NCBI GenBank assembly: GCA_965198005.1
Contig: CBDAOI010000003.1
Coordinates: 192,001 to 256,000, forward strand
DNA length: 64,000 nt
Direction: 5' to 3'
Origin: Spirochaetia bacterium
GTDB taxonomy: Bacteria; Spirochaetota; Spirochaetia; SZUA-6; Bin103
Shown here one piece after another: positions 10,747 to 20,934 of this stretch (the stretch's first letter is position 1; each line of letters opens with the position of its first letter). The notes beneath the pieces were generated by a model. It did not search any database. It had not been told where the DNA came from and saw nothing but the letters and a program-made list of their open reading frames with translations. The position numbers and the translations under genes are program-made.

Positions 10747-12123
10747 TCAGGCGGGCGGCTGATCCCGCCGCCGCCCGAGCGCCACCAGGGCGTCGGACGT
10801 GCTTACCGGGTAGCCGCCGCGACTCTGCAGTTCCCGGGCCGCGGCGGGCAGGCCGGCCAGCTCCGCCGCCGCCTGCGTCCGGATGGCGGCCAGCGGTGCG
10901 CGCGGCCCGGCGCGGACGCCGCCGCGCATCTGCTCCACCAGCAGCACGGTGCGCCGCTCGCGGGCGCCGGCGGCACCGATGATTCGCGCCGCCTCCTCGT
11001 CCAGGCAGAGAATGTCGCCGGTCGCCTGCTGCGCGCGGTGGCAGCGCACCACCTGCTTGATCCCCGGCAGCGTTGCCTTTGCCGGCTCCTCGGAGTGCTT
11101 GGCACTTGCCCGCCACGCCCCGGCGCGCATCACTGCCACCAGCTTGTACACCCCGCCGAGCGCGGGATCGTCGTACGCGGTGATCAGGCGGGTGCCCACG
11201 CCCCATACGTCGATCGGGGCGCCGGCGGCGCGCAGTGCGGTGATCCGCTTCTCATCCAGGTCGCCCGAGGCTACGATCCGCGCCCGGTGCAGCCCGGCCG
11301 CGTCGAGCTGCGTGCGCACGGCCCGGCTGAGACGCTCCAGATCGCCGCTGTCCAGACGCACCCCGAAGCCGTCGCGGCCGCCGGCCTGGAGGGTGCGCAG
11401 CACCGGGATGGCGTGCGGGACCCCGCTGCCCAGCGTATCGTAGGTGTCCGCCAGCAGGATCGCGTGGTCGGGGAAGATCTCGGCGAAGCGCGCGAACGCC
11501 TCCTTCTCACCGGCAAACGCCTGCACCCAGGAGTGGGCCATGGTGCCGCTCACGGGAATGCCGTAGCGGCAGCCCGCGGCCACGTTGGAGGTGGCGTGCA
11601 CGCCGCCGACGTAGGCCGCGCGCGCGGCCGACAGGGCGCCGTCGAGGCCCTGCGCCCGGCGCAGACCGAACTCCAGCACCTGGCCGCCGGCCGCCGCCCG
11701 CACCACGCGTGCCGCCTTGGTCGCAATCAGGGTCTGGAAATTGAGGATGTTGAGCACCAGGCTCTCCAGGAGTTGCGCCTCGACCAGATGCCCGGTGACC
11801 CGCAGCAGCGGCTCGCGGGGAAACACCACGGTGCCCTCCGGCGGCGCCCACAGCGAGCCGCGGAAGCGCCAGCCGGCCAGGAACTCAAGGAACTCAGGGC
11901 GAAACAGCTCGAGCGAGGCGAGATACTCCAGCTCTTCGGCGCTGAAGCGCAGCGCCGCCACCGCGTCCACCGCATCCTCCAGACCCGCGGCCAGCGCGTA
12001 CGCGCCCCCGAACGGCGCGCGGCGGAAGAACAGCTCGAACGTGACCTGCGGGTTGTAGCGATGCAGGAAGTATCCCTGCATCATCGTGAGCTGATACAGA
12101 TCGGTGACCAGCGCGGACGCCAC
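10747..12123 (-). CDS. pncB: Nicotinate phosphoribosyltransferase
   Basis: TDLYQLTM, EFGLRRAQ, TSNV, GTMAHS, DTY, RLDSGD, GVGT, GVYKL. Confidence 0.95.
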   Translation of the reverse strand: MASALVTDLYQLTMMQGYFLHRYNPQVTFELFFRRAPFGGAYALAAGLEDAVDAVAALRFSAEELEYLASLELFRPEFLEFLAGWRFRGSLWAPPEGTVVFPREPLLRVTGHLVEAQLLESLVLNILNFQTLIATKAARVVRAAAGGQVLEFGLRRAQGLDGALSAARAAYVGGVHATSNVAAGCRYGIPVSGTMAHSWVQAFAGEKEAFARFAEIFPDHAILLADTYDTLGSGVPHAIPVLRTLQAGGRDGFGVRLDSGDLERLSRAVRTQLDAAGLHRARIVASGDLDEKRITALRAAGAPIDVWGVGTRLITAYDDPALGGVYKLVAVMRAGAWRASAKHSEEPAKATLPGIKQVVRCHRAQQATGDILCLDEEAARIIGAAGARERRTVLLVEQMRGGVRAGPRAPLAAIRTQAAAELAGLPAAARELQSRGGYPVSTSDALVALGRRRDQPPA

Positions 12124-12151
12124 AACCGACTCCCCGGGGCCGACTCCCCGG

Positions 12152-12751
12152 TCAGGAGAGGCGGACTCCGACCGCTCCCATCCGGGCGAGCGCGCTCTCC
12201 ACGCTGCCCGGCGGCAGGTCCACGCCGCGGCACGCGGCCGCCACCACCTCGACCTGGAAGCCCAACTCGACCGCGTCGAGCGCCGAGTAGTAGACGCAGT
12301 AGTCGGTGGCCAGTCCGCACAGCGCCACCCGTTGCACGCCGAGCCCGGTGAGGTAGCCGGCCAAGCCGGTGGAAGTATGCCGGTCGTTCTCGAAGAACGC
12401 CGAGTAGGAGTCCAGTCCGCAACGCATGCCCTTGTGCAGGATCAGATTGAGCCGCTCGACCTCGAGCCGCGGATGAAACGCGGCGCCGGCGGTCCCCCGC
12501 ACGCAGTGGTCGGGCCACAGCGTCTGCTGGATGCCGTCGATCTCGACCGTGGCGTACAGCTCCGCGTCCGGGTGCTGGGAGGCGAACGAGCAGTGATCCG
12601 GCGGATGCCAGTCCCGAGTCGCCACCACCACGTCGTGGTCCGCCATCAGTCGGTTGGCCTCCGGCACCACCGCGTCGCCGTCCGCCACCGGCAGCGCGCC
12701 GCCGGGGCAGAAGTCATTCTGTACGTCGATTACCAGCAGTGCCGATTTCAT
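12152..12751 (-). CDS. pncA: Nicotinamidase/pyrazinamidase
   Basis: IDVQNDFCPGGAL, DWHP, WPDHCV, YSAF, GLATDYCV. Confidence 0.95.
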   Translation of the reverse strand: MKSALLVIDVQNDFCPGGALPVADGDAVVPEANRLMADHDVVVATRDWHPPDHCSFASQHPDAELYATVEIDGIQQTLWPDHCVRGTAGAAFHPRLEVERLNLILHKGMRCGLDSYSAFFENDRHTSTGLAGYLTGLGVQRVALCGLATDYCVYYSALDAVELGFQVEVVAAACRGVDLPPGSVESALARMGAVGVRLS

Positions 12752-12809
12752 CTGTTCGCCTCCGTTCGCCTCCGTTACCCCGACCATGCGCGTGCCTCCA
12801 TCGTGCAGA

Positions 12810-13853
12810 CTACCGCGGCGGGGAGCTTTCGTGAATGCGCCGGCCAGCGGCCGCGGCGGCCAGGGCCACCGTCAGGCCGAGCGCGGCGATCCCGGCCCCC
12901 GCCAGCCCCGCCGCCACCACCGCCGTCAGCTCGTTCGCCGGGACCCGCGCCAACTCCGCCACCGGCACCTTGGGGATGGCGTGCAGCGGCACCGGCGCGG
13001 CGCTGCCGGCGACCGCCGCCGGATCCAGAAACGGCCACAGCCGTCTGAGCGACCCCAGCATCAACCCGCTCAGGGCCGCCAGCGTGACCCCGTGGGCATG
13101 CGCCAGCAGCCAGGTCAGGGTGCGGCTGACGGCCGCCAGCCCGAGCAGCGCGCCGACCACGAACACCACCAGCGGCAGCGGTTGCGGGTCCGGCCCGGTG
13201 AGGCCGCGCACCAAGTCGATCACGTACGGGTAGGGGCCGAGCACCAGCAGCACGAACGCACCGCTGACCCCGGGGAGCACCATGACCGCCGCGGCCACCG
13301 TCCCGCTCAATGCCAGGAACCAGAGTGCCGGCGCACCGGTCGCGCGTACCGGCAACCCCAACAGGATCACCGCCGCCGCGCCTGCCACCGCGAACGCCGC
13401 GACCTGTGGCGCCCGCCAGCGTCCCACCGCCCGCAACGGCAGCACCACCGCCACCGGCACCACGCCGCAGAAGAAGGCCAGGGCCGGCCCCGGGGCGGCT
13501 TCCAGCACCGCGCCCACCGCGTGGCTGAACAGCAGCGGCGCCCCCACCATGCCGCCCCCCAGCACGATCAGAAACCGCCACGGCACCGCGCGCCAAGCGG
13601 CTGCCACCGCCTGCCCCGGCGGCCCGCCGCGGCGCGGGCGCGGCACCAGCGCGCGCATCGCGTCCACCAGCGCCGCCAGCGCCGCCACCAGCCGCTCGTA
13701 GATCCCGAGGATCAGGGCCAGGGTCCCGGCGCTGACCCCCGGCACCAGCTCGACCACTCCCATCCCCATGCCGCGCAGCAGGGTGGCCAAGTCGGTGCGC
13801 CAGCCGCCGCCACCAGCCACGGAACGCCCGGCGCAGTTGTGCTTGCCGCTCAC
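12810..13853 (-). CDS. DUF368 membrane protein (undecaprenyl-phosphate translocase family); start estimated
   Basis: GMGMG..ELVPGVSAGTLALILGIYERL and a second MVLPGVSGA motif. Confidence 0.88.
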   Translation of the reverse strand: MSGKHNCAGRSVAGGGGWRTDLATLLRGMGMGVVELVPGVSAGTLALILGIYERLVAALAALVDAMRALVPRPRRGGPPGQAVAAAWRAVPWRFLIVLGGGMVGAPLLFSHAVGAVLEAAPGPALAFFCGVVPVAVVLPLRAVGRWRAPQVAAFAVAGAAAVILLGLPVRATGAPALWFLALSGTVAAAVMVLPGVSGAFVLLVLGPYPYVIDLVRGLTGPDPQPLPLVVFVVGALLGLAAVSRTLTWLLAHAHGVTLAALSGLMLGSLRRLWPFLDPAAVAGSAAPVPLHAIPKVPVAELARVPANELTAVVAAGLAGAGIAALGLTVALAAAAAGRRIHESSPPR

Positions 13854-13902
13854 GCCGGCCAGTGTGCCCGATCCCGGCCATCGGCGCAGCCCGGTCGATT
13901 CC

Positions 13903-13943
13903 GCCTGCCACGCCCTGCCACGCCCGCCACGCCCGCCACGCCC
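13903..13943. repeat. About four copies of a 9-10 bp tandem repeat (gcc(c/t)gccac-like) in a divergent intergenic region
   Basis: gcctgccac gccctgccac gcccgccac gcccgccac gccc. Confidence 0.8.
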
Positions 13944-14082
13944 AGGGTGACACGCGAAGGGCGATCTTCGATAGAATAACCGGAGAACAACCTGCGATGC
14001 CCGCGCGGACACGACAGATTGCGACCGACTGCCGATACTCGTTTACGATCGGAACTCACTCATCACACAATCGGAGGCTGAT

Positions 14083-15165
14083 TTGCTCAAGCACTTTCAG
14101 GTGCCCAAGGACATCGAAGTACGGGTCGCGCAGGAGGACATGCGCTGGACCACCGAGGCGCTGCTCACGTCGGCGGGCATGCCCGAGGCGGACGCGCGCC
14201 AGACGGCGGACGTGTTGCTGTACGCCGATCTGCGCGGCATCGACACCCACGGCGTCAGCAACATGCTGCGCACCTACCTCAAGTGGTTCAAGGAAGGGGC
14301 CATCAACCCGACGCCGAGCTGGACCGTGACGCGCGACAACAAGGCGACCTGCGTGATCGACGGCGACCGCGGACATGGCATGGTGATCGCCCCGGTCGGC
14401 ATGCGCGAGGCGATCAAGCGCGCCGCGCAGTACGGCATCGGCACCGCCTCGGTGATGAACTGCCGCCACCTCGGCCCCTGCTCCTACTACGCCCACATGG
14501 CGCTGGAGCACCACATGCTCGGGCAGGCGACCACCACCGGCGGCATGGCGATGGTCCCCACCTACGGCACCCGGCCGCTGCTCGGGCTCAACGCCCTGGC
14601 GTTCGCGGCGCCGTCCGCCAGCCATCCCCCCTTCATCTACGACGCGTCGCCGAGCGTGGTGGCCGGCAACAAGATCGGCCTGGCCCGGAGACTGGGACGC
14701 AAGGTGCTGCCGGGGTGGATCACCGACCAGCACGGCAACCCGATCATGGAAGAGGCGGAGATCCCGGAGAAGTACATGCTGCTGCCGCTCGGCTCGACCC
14801 GCGAAGGGGGGTCGCAGAAGGGGTATTCGTACTCGGTGATCTCCGAGATTCTCACCACCGTGCTGTGCGCCTCCGGCGCCGGTCCGCGCCGGCGCGGCGG
14901 CGACGTGCACAACTTCCTGGCCTATGACATCTCCTGCTTCTGCGACCCGCAGGAGTTCATCGCCGATCTGGACCAGTACCTGACCGACCTGCTCGATTGC
15001 CCGACGGTGTCCGGCGAAGGCCGGGTGCTCTATTCCGGCTACCCGGAAGCCGAGACCGAGCAGGACCGGCGCCGCAACGGCATCCCCTATCACCCGGAGG
15101 TGCTCGAGTGGTTCAGGTCGGCCACCGCCGAGCAGGGAGTGGCGTGGCGGCTGACGGGGGAATAG
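14083..15165 (+). CDS. Ldh_2 family (malate/lactate/ureidoglycolate-type) oxidoreductase
   Basis: ADLRGIDTHGV, IDGDRGHG, HLG, LLPLG...GSQKGY; GGAGG before TTG. Confidence 0.9.
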   Translation: MLKHFQVPKDIEVRVAQEDMRWTTEALLTSAGMPEADARQTADVLLYADLRGIDTHGVSNMLRTYLKWFKEGAINPTPSWTVTRDNKATCVIDGDRGHGMVIAPVGMREAIKRAAQYGIGTASVMNCRHLGPCSYYAHMALEHHMLGQATTTGGMAMVPTYGTRPLLGLNALAFAAPSASHPPFIYDASPSVVAGNKIGLARRLGRKVLPGWITDQHGNPIMEEAEIPEKYMLLPLGSTREGGSQKGYSYSVISEILTTVLCASGAGPRRRGGDVHNFLAYDISCFCDPQEFIADLDQYLTDLLDCPTVSGEGRVLYSGYPEAETEQDRRRNGIPYHPEVLEWFRSATAEQGVAWRLTGE

Positions 15166-15247
15166 TAACCGCTGGACGGACCCTGGCCGTTTGGTGGAGT
15201 CGCGGGGGTTGGTATTCCGCCGCCGCCGGGACTATACTATCGGCGCT

Positions 15248-16117
15248 ATGAGTGCACGTTACGTGAGCCCGCTGACGGTAAGCGAGGCCATCGAAGTCCT
15301 GAGCCGGAACCCGGACACTGCCCGGGTGCTGGCCGGCGGTACCGATCTGATCGTGTTGATGCGACTGTCCCGCCAGATCCCCGAGTTGATCGTCGACATC
15401 AAGAACATCCCGCAGACCCGCGAGATCACCCTCACCGGCGGCGGGCTGGTGCTCGGGGCCGCGGTTCCCAGTGTGGACCTGACCGAGCACCCGGAAGTTC
15501 CCGGCGTATATCCCGGTCTGGTGGAGGCGGCGGAGCTGATCGGTTCCACCCAGATTCAGAGCCGCGCCAGTCTGGGCGGCAATCTCTGTCACTCGTCGCC
15601 GGCAGCCGACACGGTGCCGGCGTTGGCCGCGGTGCGGGCGCAATGCCGGATCGCGGGTCCGGCCGGCGAGCGCCGGGTGGCGGTGGAGGATTTCTGTACC
15701 GGTCCGGGGGCCAATGTCCTGGGCGCCGGTGAGTTCCTGGTTGCGTTCGAGATTCCCCATCCGGGAGCCGGCTCGGCGGATGCCTACCTGCGGTTCATAC
15801 CGCGCAACGAGATGGACATCGCGGTGGTGGGCTCCGGGGTGAGCGTCACGCTGGACGGCGGCGGCACCTGCACCGCGGCGCGGGTCGCGCTGGGCGCGGT
15901 GGCTCCGACGATGATCCTGGTGCCGGAATCGGCCGCCGCTCTGGTCGGGTCGCGGATCGAGGACGCGGACCTGGAACGGGCGGCCGCGGCCGCCTCCGCG
16001 GCTGCCCGGCCGATCAACGACCGGCGCGGGACCGTCGAGTTCCGCCGCCACGTCGTCGGCGTGCTGACCCGGCGCGCCGCCGCCATAGCGCGCGACCGGG
16101 CGCGGGCAGCCGCCTAG
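15248..16117 (+). CDS. Xanthine dehydrogenase/CoxM-type FAD-binding subunit
   Basis: AGGTDL, IGSTQIQSRASLGGNL..SPAAD, ARVALGAVAPT. Confidence 0.92.
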   Translation: MSARYVSPLTVSEAIEVLSRNPDTARVLAGGTDLIVLMRLSRQIPELIVDIKNIPQTREITLTGGGLVLGAAVPSVDLTEHPEVPGVYPGLVEAAELIGSTQIQSRASLGGNLCHSSPAADTVPALAAVRAQCRIAGPAGERRVAVEDFCTGPGANVLGAGEFLVAFEIPHPGAGSADAYLRFIPRNEMDIAVVGSGVSVTLDGGGTCTAARVALGAVAPTMILVPESAAALVGSRIEDADLERAAAAASAAARPINDRRGTVEFRRHVVGVLTRRAAAIARDRARAAA

Positions 16118-16170
16118 CCCGCCCGCGCGACCGTATTCGATAACCGAGGATTGAACGAGGATTGGAGACC

Positions 16171-16650
<480 letters not shown>

Positions 16651-16674
16651 GCCGACGCCGTTGCCGGTGCGCCG

Positions 16675-16932
16675 ATGGCGCAGGTAGAGATTCCTACGCG
16701 GCTGCTGGAGCTCACCGGCGGCCAGACCCGGCTGCAGGTGGAGGCCCACACCGTGCGCGCGTTGCTGCGCGCGCTGGACCAGCGGTTTCCGGGGCTCGGC
16801 GACCAGTTGAAGGCCACCACCGCGGTCGCGATCGATGGCGAGATCATCGGGCAGCGGCTGTCGGACGCCTTGCTGGAACGGGTCGAGCCGGACAGCGAGG
16901 TCTACTTCGTGCCGGCGATCGCCGGTGGATGA
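16675..16932 (+). CDS. MoaD/ThiS-family sulfur carrier
   Basis: 85 aa ending in PAIAGG. Confidence 0.88.
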   Translation: MAQVEIPTRLLELTGGQTRLQVEAHTVRALLRALDQRFPGLGDQLKATTAVAIDGEIIGQRLSDALLERVEPDSEVYFVPAIAGG

Positions 16933-18103
16933 GCTGCATGACATAGTCGGCCGGCTGTCGGGGCTGGAACCGGGGCAGGGGTATGCGCTGGCCACCCTGG
17001 TGCGGGTCGACGGCTCCAGCTATCGCAGCGTGGGCGCGCGCGCGCTGGCCCTCCCGGACGGCGCCACGGTCGGGATGATCAGCGGCGGCTGCCTGGAAGG
17101 GGATCTGCTGGAGCGGGCCGGCGAGGTGCTGGCGGACGGCCGCCCGCGCACGGTGCGCTACGACTCGACCGCACCGGAGGACGCGTTGCTGGGCCTGGGG
17201 CTCGGCTGCAACGGCATCGTCGACGTGCTGCTGGAGCGGGTGCAGGCGGCCGACGCAGCCATCGCCGGCCGTTACCTGCCGCTGCTCGAGCAGGCCCGGG
17301 CGGACGGGCGCCGCAGTGCGCTGGCGACCGTCTACGGCTCCGGCGAAGCGCACGAGGTGGGCGCCCGTCTGGCGCTGGTCGAGCAGCCGGCGGGTGCCGG
17401 CGGCCGCCGGCCGGCCGCGCCGGTGCGCACCTTCGGCCAGTTGCGCCCGGAGCTGCGGGCAGCGGTGGCCGCGGACCTGAGCGGCCTGCTCCGGGCCGGC
17501 CGCTCCCGCTCGGCGGTGTACGAGGTCGCCGGCCACCCGGTGCGGGTGCTGCTGGAGCTGGTCGAGCCGCCGCTCGCCCTGACGGTGTGCGGCGCGGGGC
17601 CCGATGCGGAGCCGCTGGTGGCGCTGGCCGCGACCCTGGGGTGGGCGCCGGTGGTGTTCGACCACCGCGCCGGCTTCGCCCGCGCCGAGCGGTTTCCCGG
17701 CGCCGTCCGGGTGGTCACGGCCGCGCGCGAGGAGCTTGCCGCGGCGGTGCCGCCGCGCGCCGGCGAAGCGGTGGTGCTGATGACGCACAGCTACCCCACC
17801 GACCTGACCTGCCTGGAGCAGCTCGCCACGCGCAAGGTGCGCTACGTCGGCGTGCTGGGGCCGCGCCGCCGCCTGCAACGGCTGCTGGAGGAGCTGGGCC
17901 CACGCGCCCCGGCCGGGGACGTGATCTACGGCCCCGCCGGGCTCGACATCGGCGCCGATACTCCGCCGGAAATCGCACTCTCGATCGTGGCCGAGATTCG
18001 CGCGGTGCTGGCAAAGCGCGCGGGCGGCTCGCTACGGCGGCGGCCGACCCCGATCCACACCGGCGCCGGCGGCGACCGCGGCGGCGGCGAGCCGGACCCG
18101 TGA
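16925..18103 (+). CDS. xdhC: XdhC/CoxI molybdenum cofactor insertion protein
   Basis: LATLVRVDGSSYR..GA, ISGGCLE, LGCNG, MTH, GLDIGADTPPEIALSI. Confidence 0.9.
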   Translation: MDELHDIVGRLSGLEPGQGYALATLVRVDGSSYRSVGARALALPDGATVGMISGGCLEGDLLERAGEVLADGRPRTVRYDSTAPEDALLGLGLGCNGIVDVLLERVQAADAAIAGRYLPLLEQARADGRRSALATVYGSGEAHEVGARLALVEQPAGAGGRRPAAPVRTFGQLRPELRAAVAADLSGLLRAGRSRSAVYEVAGHPVRVLLELVEPPLALTVCGAGPDAEPLVALAATLGWAPVVFDHRAGFARAERFPGAVRVVTAAREELAAAVPPRAGEAVVLMTHSYPTDLTCLEQLATRKVRYVGVLGPRRRLQRLLEELGPRAPAGDVIYGPAGLDIGADTPPEIALSIVAEIRAVLAKRAGGSLRRRPTPIHTGAGGDRGGGEPDP

Positions 18104-18864
18104 CCCCACCGGCGCGGTCCGCGCGGCCCGGCGCCGGCCCCAGCTCCAGTCGCGGCCCTGGTTCGGGCTCCAGCCCGGGCGGCAGCCCCAGCCACGGCTC
18201 TGCTCCCGGCTGCAGTCACGGCCCCAGCCATGGCCGGGTGGCGGGCGTGATCCTCGCCGCGGGCGCTTCCGTCCGGCTCGGACAGCCCAAGCAACTGCTG
18301 CGGTACCGGGGCGAGACCCTGATCGGGCGCACCGCGCGGCTGGCCCGCACGGCCGGCCTGGCTCCGATCCACGTGGTAGTGGGCTATCGCGGCGGTGAAG
18401 TGGCGGCCGCCCTCGGCGAGCCGGGCGACTCTGCCGCCGCCGCCGTGACCGTGGTGGCCAACCCCGACTGGCGGCGGGGCATGGGCAGCTCGCTGGCGCG
18501 CGGAATCGCCAGCCTGCCGGCCACGGCCGAGGCGGCGCTGGTGCTGGTGACCGACCAGCCGCACCTGTCGGCGGCGCTCCTGGGCGCCATCCTGACGACC
18601 TACCGCGCCGGGGAGGCCTCGCTGGTCGCCTGCCGCTACGCCGGCGGCACCGTCGGCGTGCCGGCCCTGTTCGCGCGCCGCCACTTCCGCGAGTTGACCG
18701 GACTCTCCGGCGACCGCGGCGCCCGCGCCCTGTTCGCCCGCCACGCGGACACCCTGGCCACGGTCAGCTTCCCGGCCGGCGACACCGACGTCGACACCCC
18801 CGCCGCTGCCGCCACCCTCGACCCGAAGCAGGGACCACGGCTGCGTGGCTCGCCGCACGTCTGA
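18100..18864 (+). CDS. mocA: Molybdenum cofactor cytidylyltransferase-like nucleotidyltransferase
   Basis: ILAAGAS.RLGQPKQLL, NPDW..GMGSS, DQP, GDRGAR, DVDTP; Ser/Gly/Pro-rich N-terminal extension. Confidence 0.88.
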   Translation: MTPPARSARPGAGPSSSRGPGSGSSPGGSPSHGSAPGCSHGPSHGRVAGVILAAGASVRLGQPKQLLRYRGETLIGRTARLARTAGLAPIHVVVGYRGGEVAAALGEPGDSAAAAVTVVANPDWRRGMGSSLARGIASLPATAEAALVLVTDQPHLSAALLGAILTTYRAGEASLVACRYAGGTVGVPALFARRHFRELTGLSGDRGARALFARHADTLATVSFPAGDTDVDTPAAAATLDPKQGPRLRGSPHV

Positions 18865-18889
18865 CCTTCCGACCGCGCGTGCCTAGCCC

Positions 18890-19222
18890 TCAGGCCTCAC
18901 GGGTCCTCTCGGCGTGCCGAAGATCGTGCAACTCCACGCTGCGTCCTGCATTCTTCGCCGCGTGCCAGCGCTTGAACGAACTCTCGCCTTCTCCCGACGG
19001 ACGCCCTGCAAGCAGGCCCTCGACACTCAAGTCCTCGTCCAGGTCGGGCCAGTGGATGTGCTGATCGTCCGCGTGCAGTTCCCAGTGGTTCCGCTCTTCG
19101 GGCGTAGCATGGACAAGCCTGGGATACCAGGCGAGCGGGACGGAGATGGTGCGTCCGTCGGTGAGTTCCACCACGAGCGCGTCTTCGGTGACCGTGACAC
19201 TCGTCGCTCCTGTTAATCGCAT
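18890..19222 (-). CDS. DUF2442 protein
   Basis: LVVELTDGRTISVPLAWYPRL..AT, IHWPDLDEDLSVEGL. Confidence 0.88.
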   Translation of the reverse strand: MRLTGATSVTVTEDALVVELTDGRTISVPLAWYPRLVHATPEERNHWELHADDQHIHWPDLDEDLSVEGLLAGRPSGEGESSFKRWHAAKNAGRSVELHDLRHAERTREA

Positions 19223-19292
19223 CTTAACGGTCGAAGGACCTTCGCGCAACAAAGCCGGCATCTGTCGCCACCTGCCCGTCAGGCACAGCGGC

Positions 19293-19725
19293 TTACGGCC
19301 ACCCGTCGTCCTCGTCGGTGCGGCCCAGCCGGCGCTGATACTCGTCGACGATGCTCTTCAGCGGGGCGGCGGCGGCCAGATGCTCCTTCAGATCGCTGCG
19401 TGTCAGGAACCCGAACGGCTCTGCCAGGAACGCTTCCTTATCTTCGCTAGCCGTGTAGTCGGCGTAGCTCTGCACGACTGCAAGGGCCTGTCGCAGTAGC
19501 CGGCGCACGCGCCGGCATTCACGTTGGTGCGCGGACAGGTAGTAGAGGAGGTCGGCGCGGTCCACGGCCAGGAGGTTGCGCTCGGCCGTCGGCCTCGGCC
19601 ACGTCGCCGACGCGGAAGGTATCGAGGGTGTTGCCCAGAGTTTTCGTCTGCGTGGATTGGATCGCGGTCCCGCACTGCGCGCAGGCGATCGCCTCCGGCA
19701 GGACCAGCGTATCGAACAGGCCCAT
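19293..19725 (-). pseudogene. Frameshifted hypothetical protein with an N-terminal Zn-ribbon-like motif
   Basis: MGLFDT...CAQCG...QTK...FRVGD; continues in another frame as ERNLLAVDRADLLYYL... Confidence 0.5.
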
Positions 19726-19799
19726 TCGGCCATCTTGCCGCCTCCCGGCTCACGTGGCAAGGGCTGACCAGGCGCACTACCAAACTGTGGCAGGCGACG

Positions 19800-20770
19800 T
19801 CAACCGGAGCGTTCGGCCTTCTGCAGGGCGCGGCGGGCGCCTTCGATGGCGCGGGCGCTCATGCCGCCGCTGCCGAGGCTCGCCCCGCCGCCGCCACCCC
19901 GCAGCCCGGATCGAGCAGGCCGCACCGCGTCACCAACCCGCGGTACGCCGCCGCCGAACTTAAATCGACCTGGCGCGGTGCGCGTCGAGACGCCCCACGG
20001 CACCTCTGAGCCGCGCGAGCAGGTCTCTCCGGCGTCACCGAACATGTTGAGGGAGTAGACGACCATCGTCAGGCAGAGCCCTGGCCAGAGCGCCAGCCAG
20101 GGTGCTTGCTCCATGTAGTGACGCCCTTCCCGGCTCAGCATCCCCCCCCAGCTCGGAATCTGGGGAGGCAGACCGAATCCGAGAAAGCTCAAGCTGGCTT
20201 CACTGATAATCACTCCCCCAACGTTGATGCTGAAGATGATGATCAGGGGCGCCCGTAGATCAGGCGGCTCAAGAAGTGGTCTCGCCCGATGTAGTCGGTG
20301 CCCAGGAGATACCGGGCAGATGAGCCCTGCAGCCGGTCTGCCGGGTGTACCTCGGCATAGGGATAAGGAGAGAGAACGTCGGCAAAGATCGCCACCACAA
20401 TCAAGATCAAGATGACGATCCCGCTGATCGTCCCGAGTGGCTTCTCCCGCCACAGCCTGAAGAAGAAATCTGCAAACCGCCCCCGTCGCTTGGGCTCACG
20501 GATGGGGGAGGGCCTTTCATTCATACCGCACCCTGGGATCCAAGAACGCATAAGTCAGGTCGATCAAGAGATTGATTCCCAAGACCACGGTGCCGAAAAA
20601 CAGGTTCGTTCCTTGTACTACCGGGTAGTCTCGATCCTGGAGGGCATCCAGCATGAGACGACCGAGCCCCGGCAGGTTGAAGAGGGTCTCCATGATCACG
20701 GCGCCGCCCACCAGGATCGGCAACTGCAGGCCGATCAGGGTCACCACCGGGATGAGGGCATTCTTGATAG
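19800..20770 (-). pseudogene. Remnants of peptide ABC permeases: dppC 3' end, an internally deleted dppC, and a dppB 3' end
   Basis: Homology to the intact permeases downstream (EASLSFLGFG, QLPILVGGAVI, SARAIEGARRALQ). Confidence 0.85.
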
Positions 20771-20878
20771 CAACACGGCGATGTCAATGATTGGCGGAAC
20801 GTGGTCGGTACCGGGCCCTATGAGCTGACTGACTTGGTCGAGGGCAGTTCCTTCACCCATACGAAGAATCCCGACTAT
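20771..20878 (+). pseudogene. Inverted fragment of a family-5 solute-binding protein
   Basis: QHGDVNDWRNVVGTGPYELTDLVEGSSFTHTKNPDY matches the SBPs of this locus but lies on the opposite strand. Confidence 0.85.
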
Positions 20879-20934
20879 CGAAGGGCCGGCCCGCTGGCCT
20901 TGCAGGCCCGCGCGAGACGGCCTACGCTGCCGCC

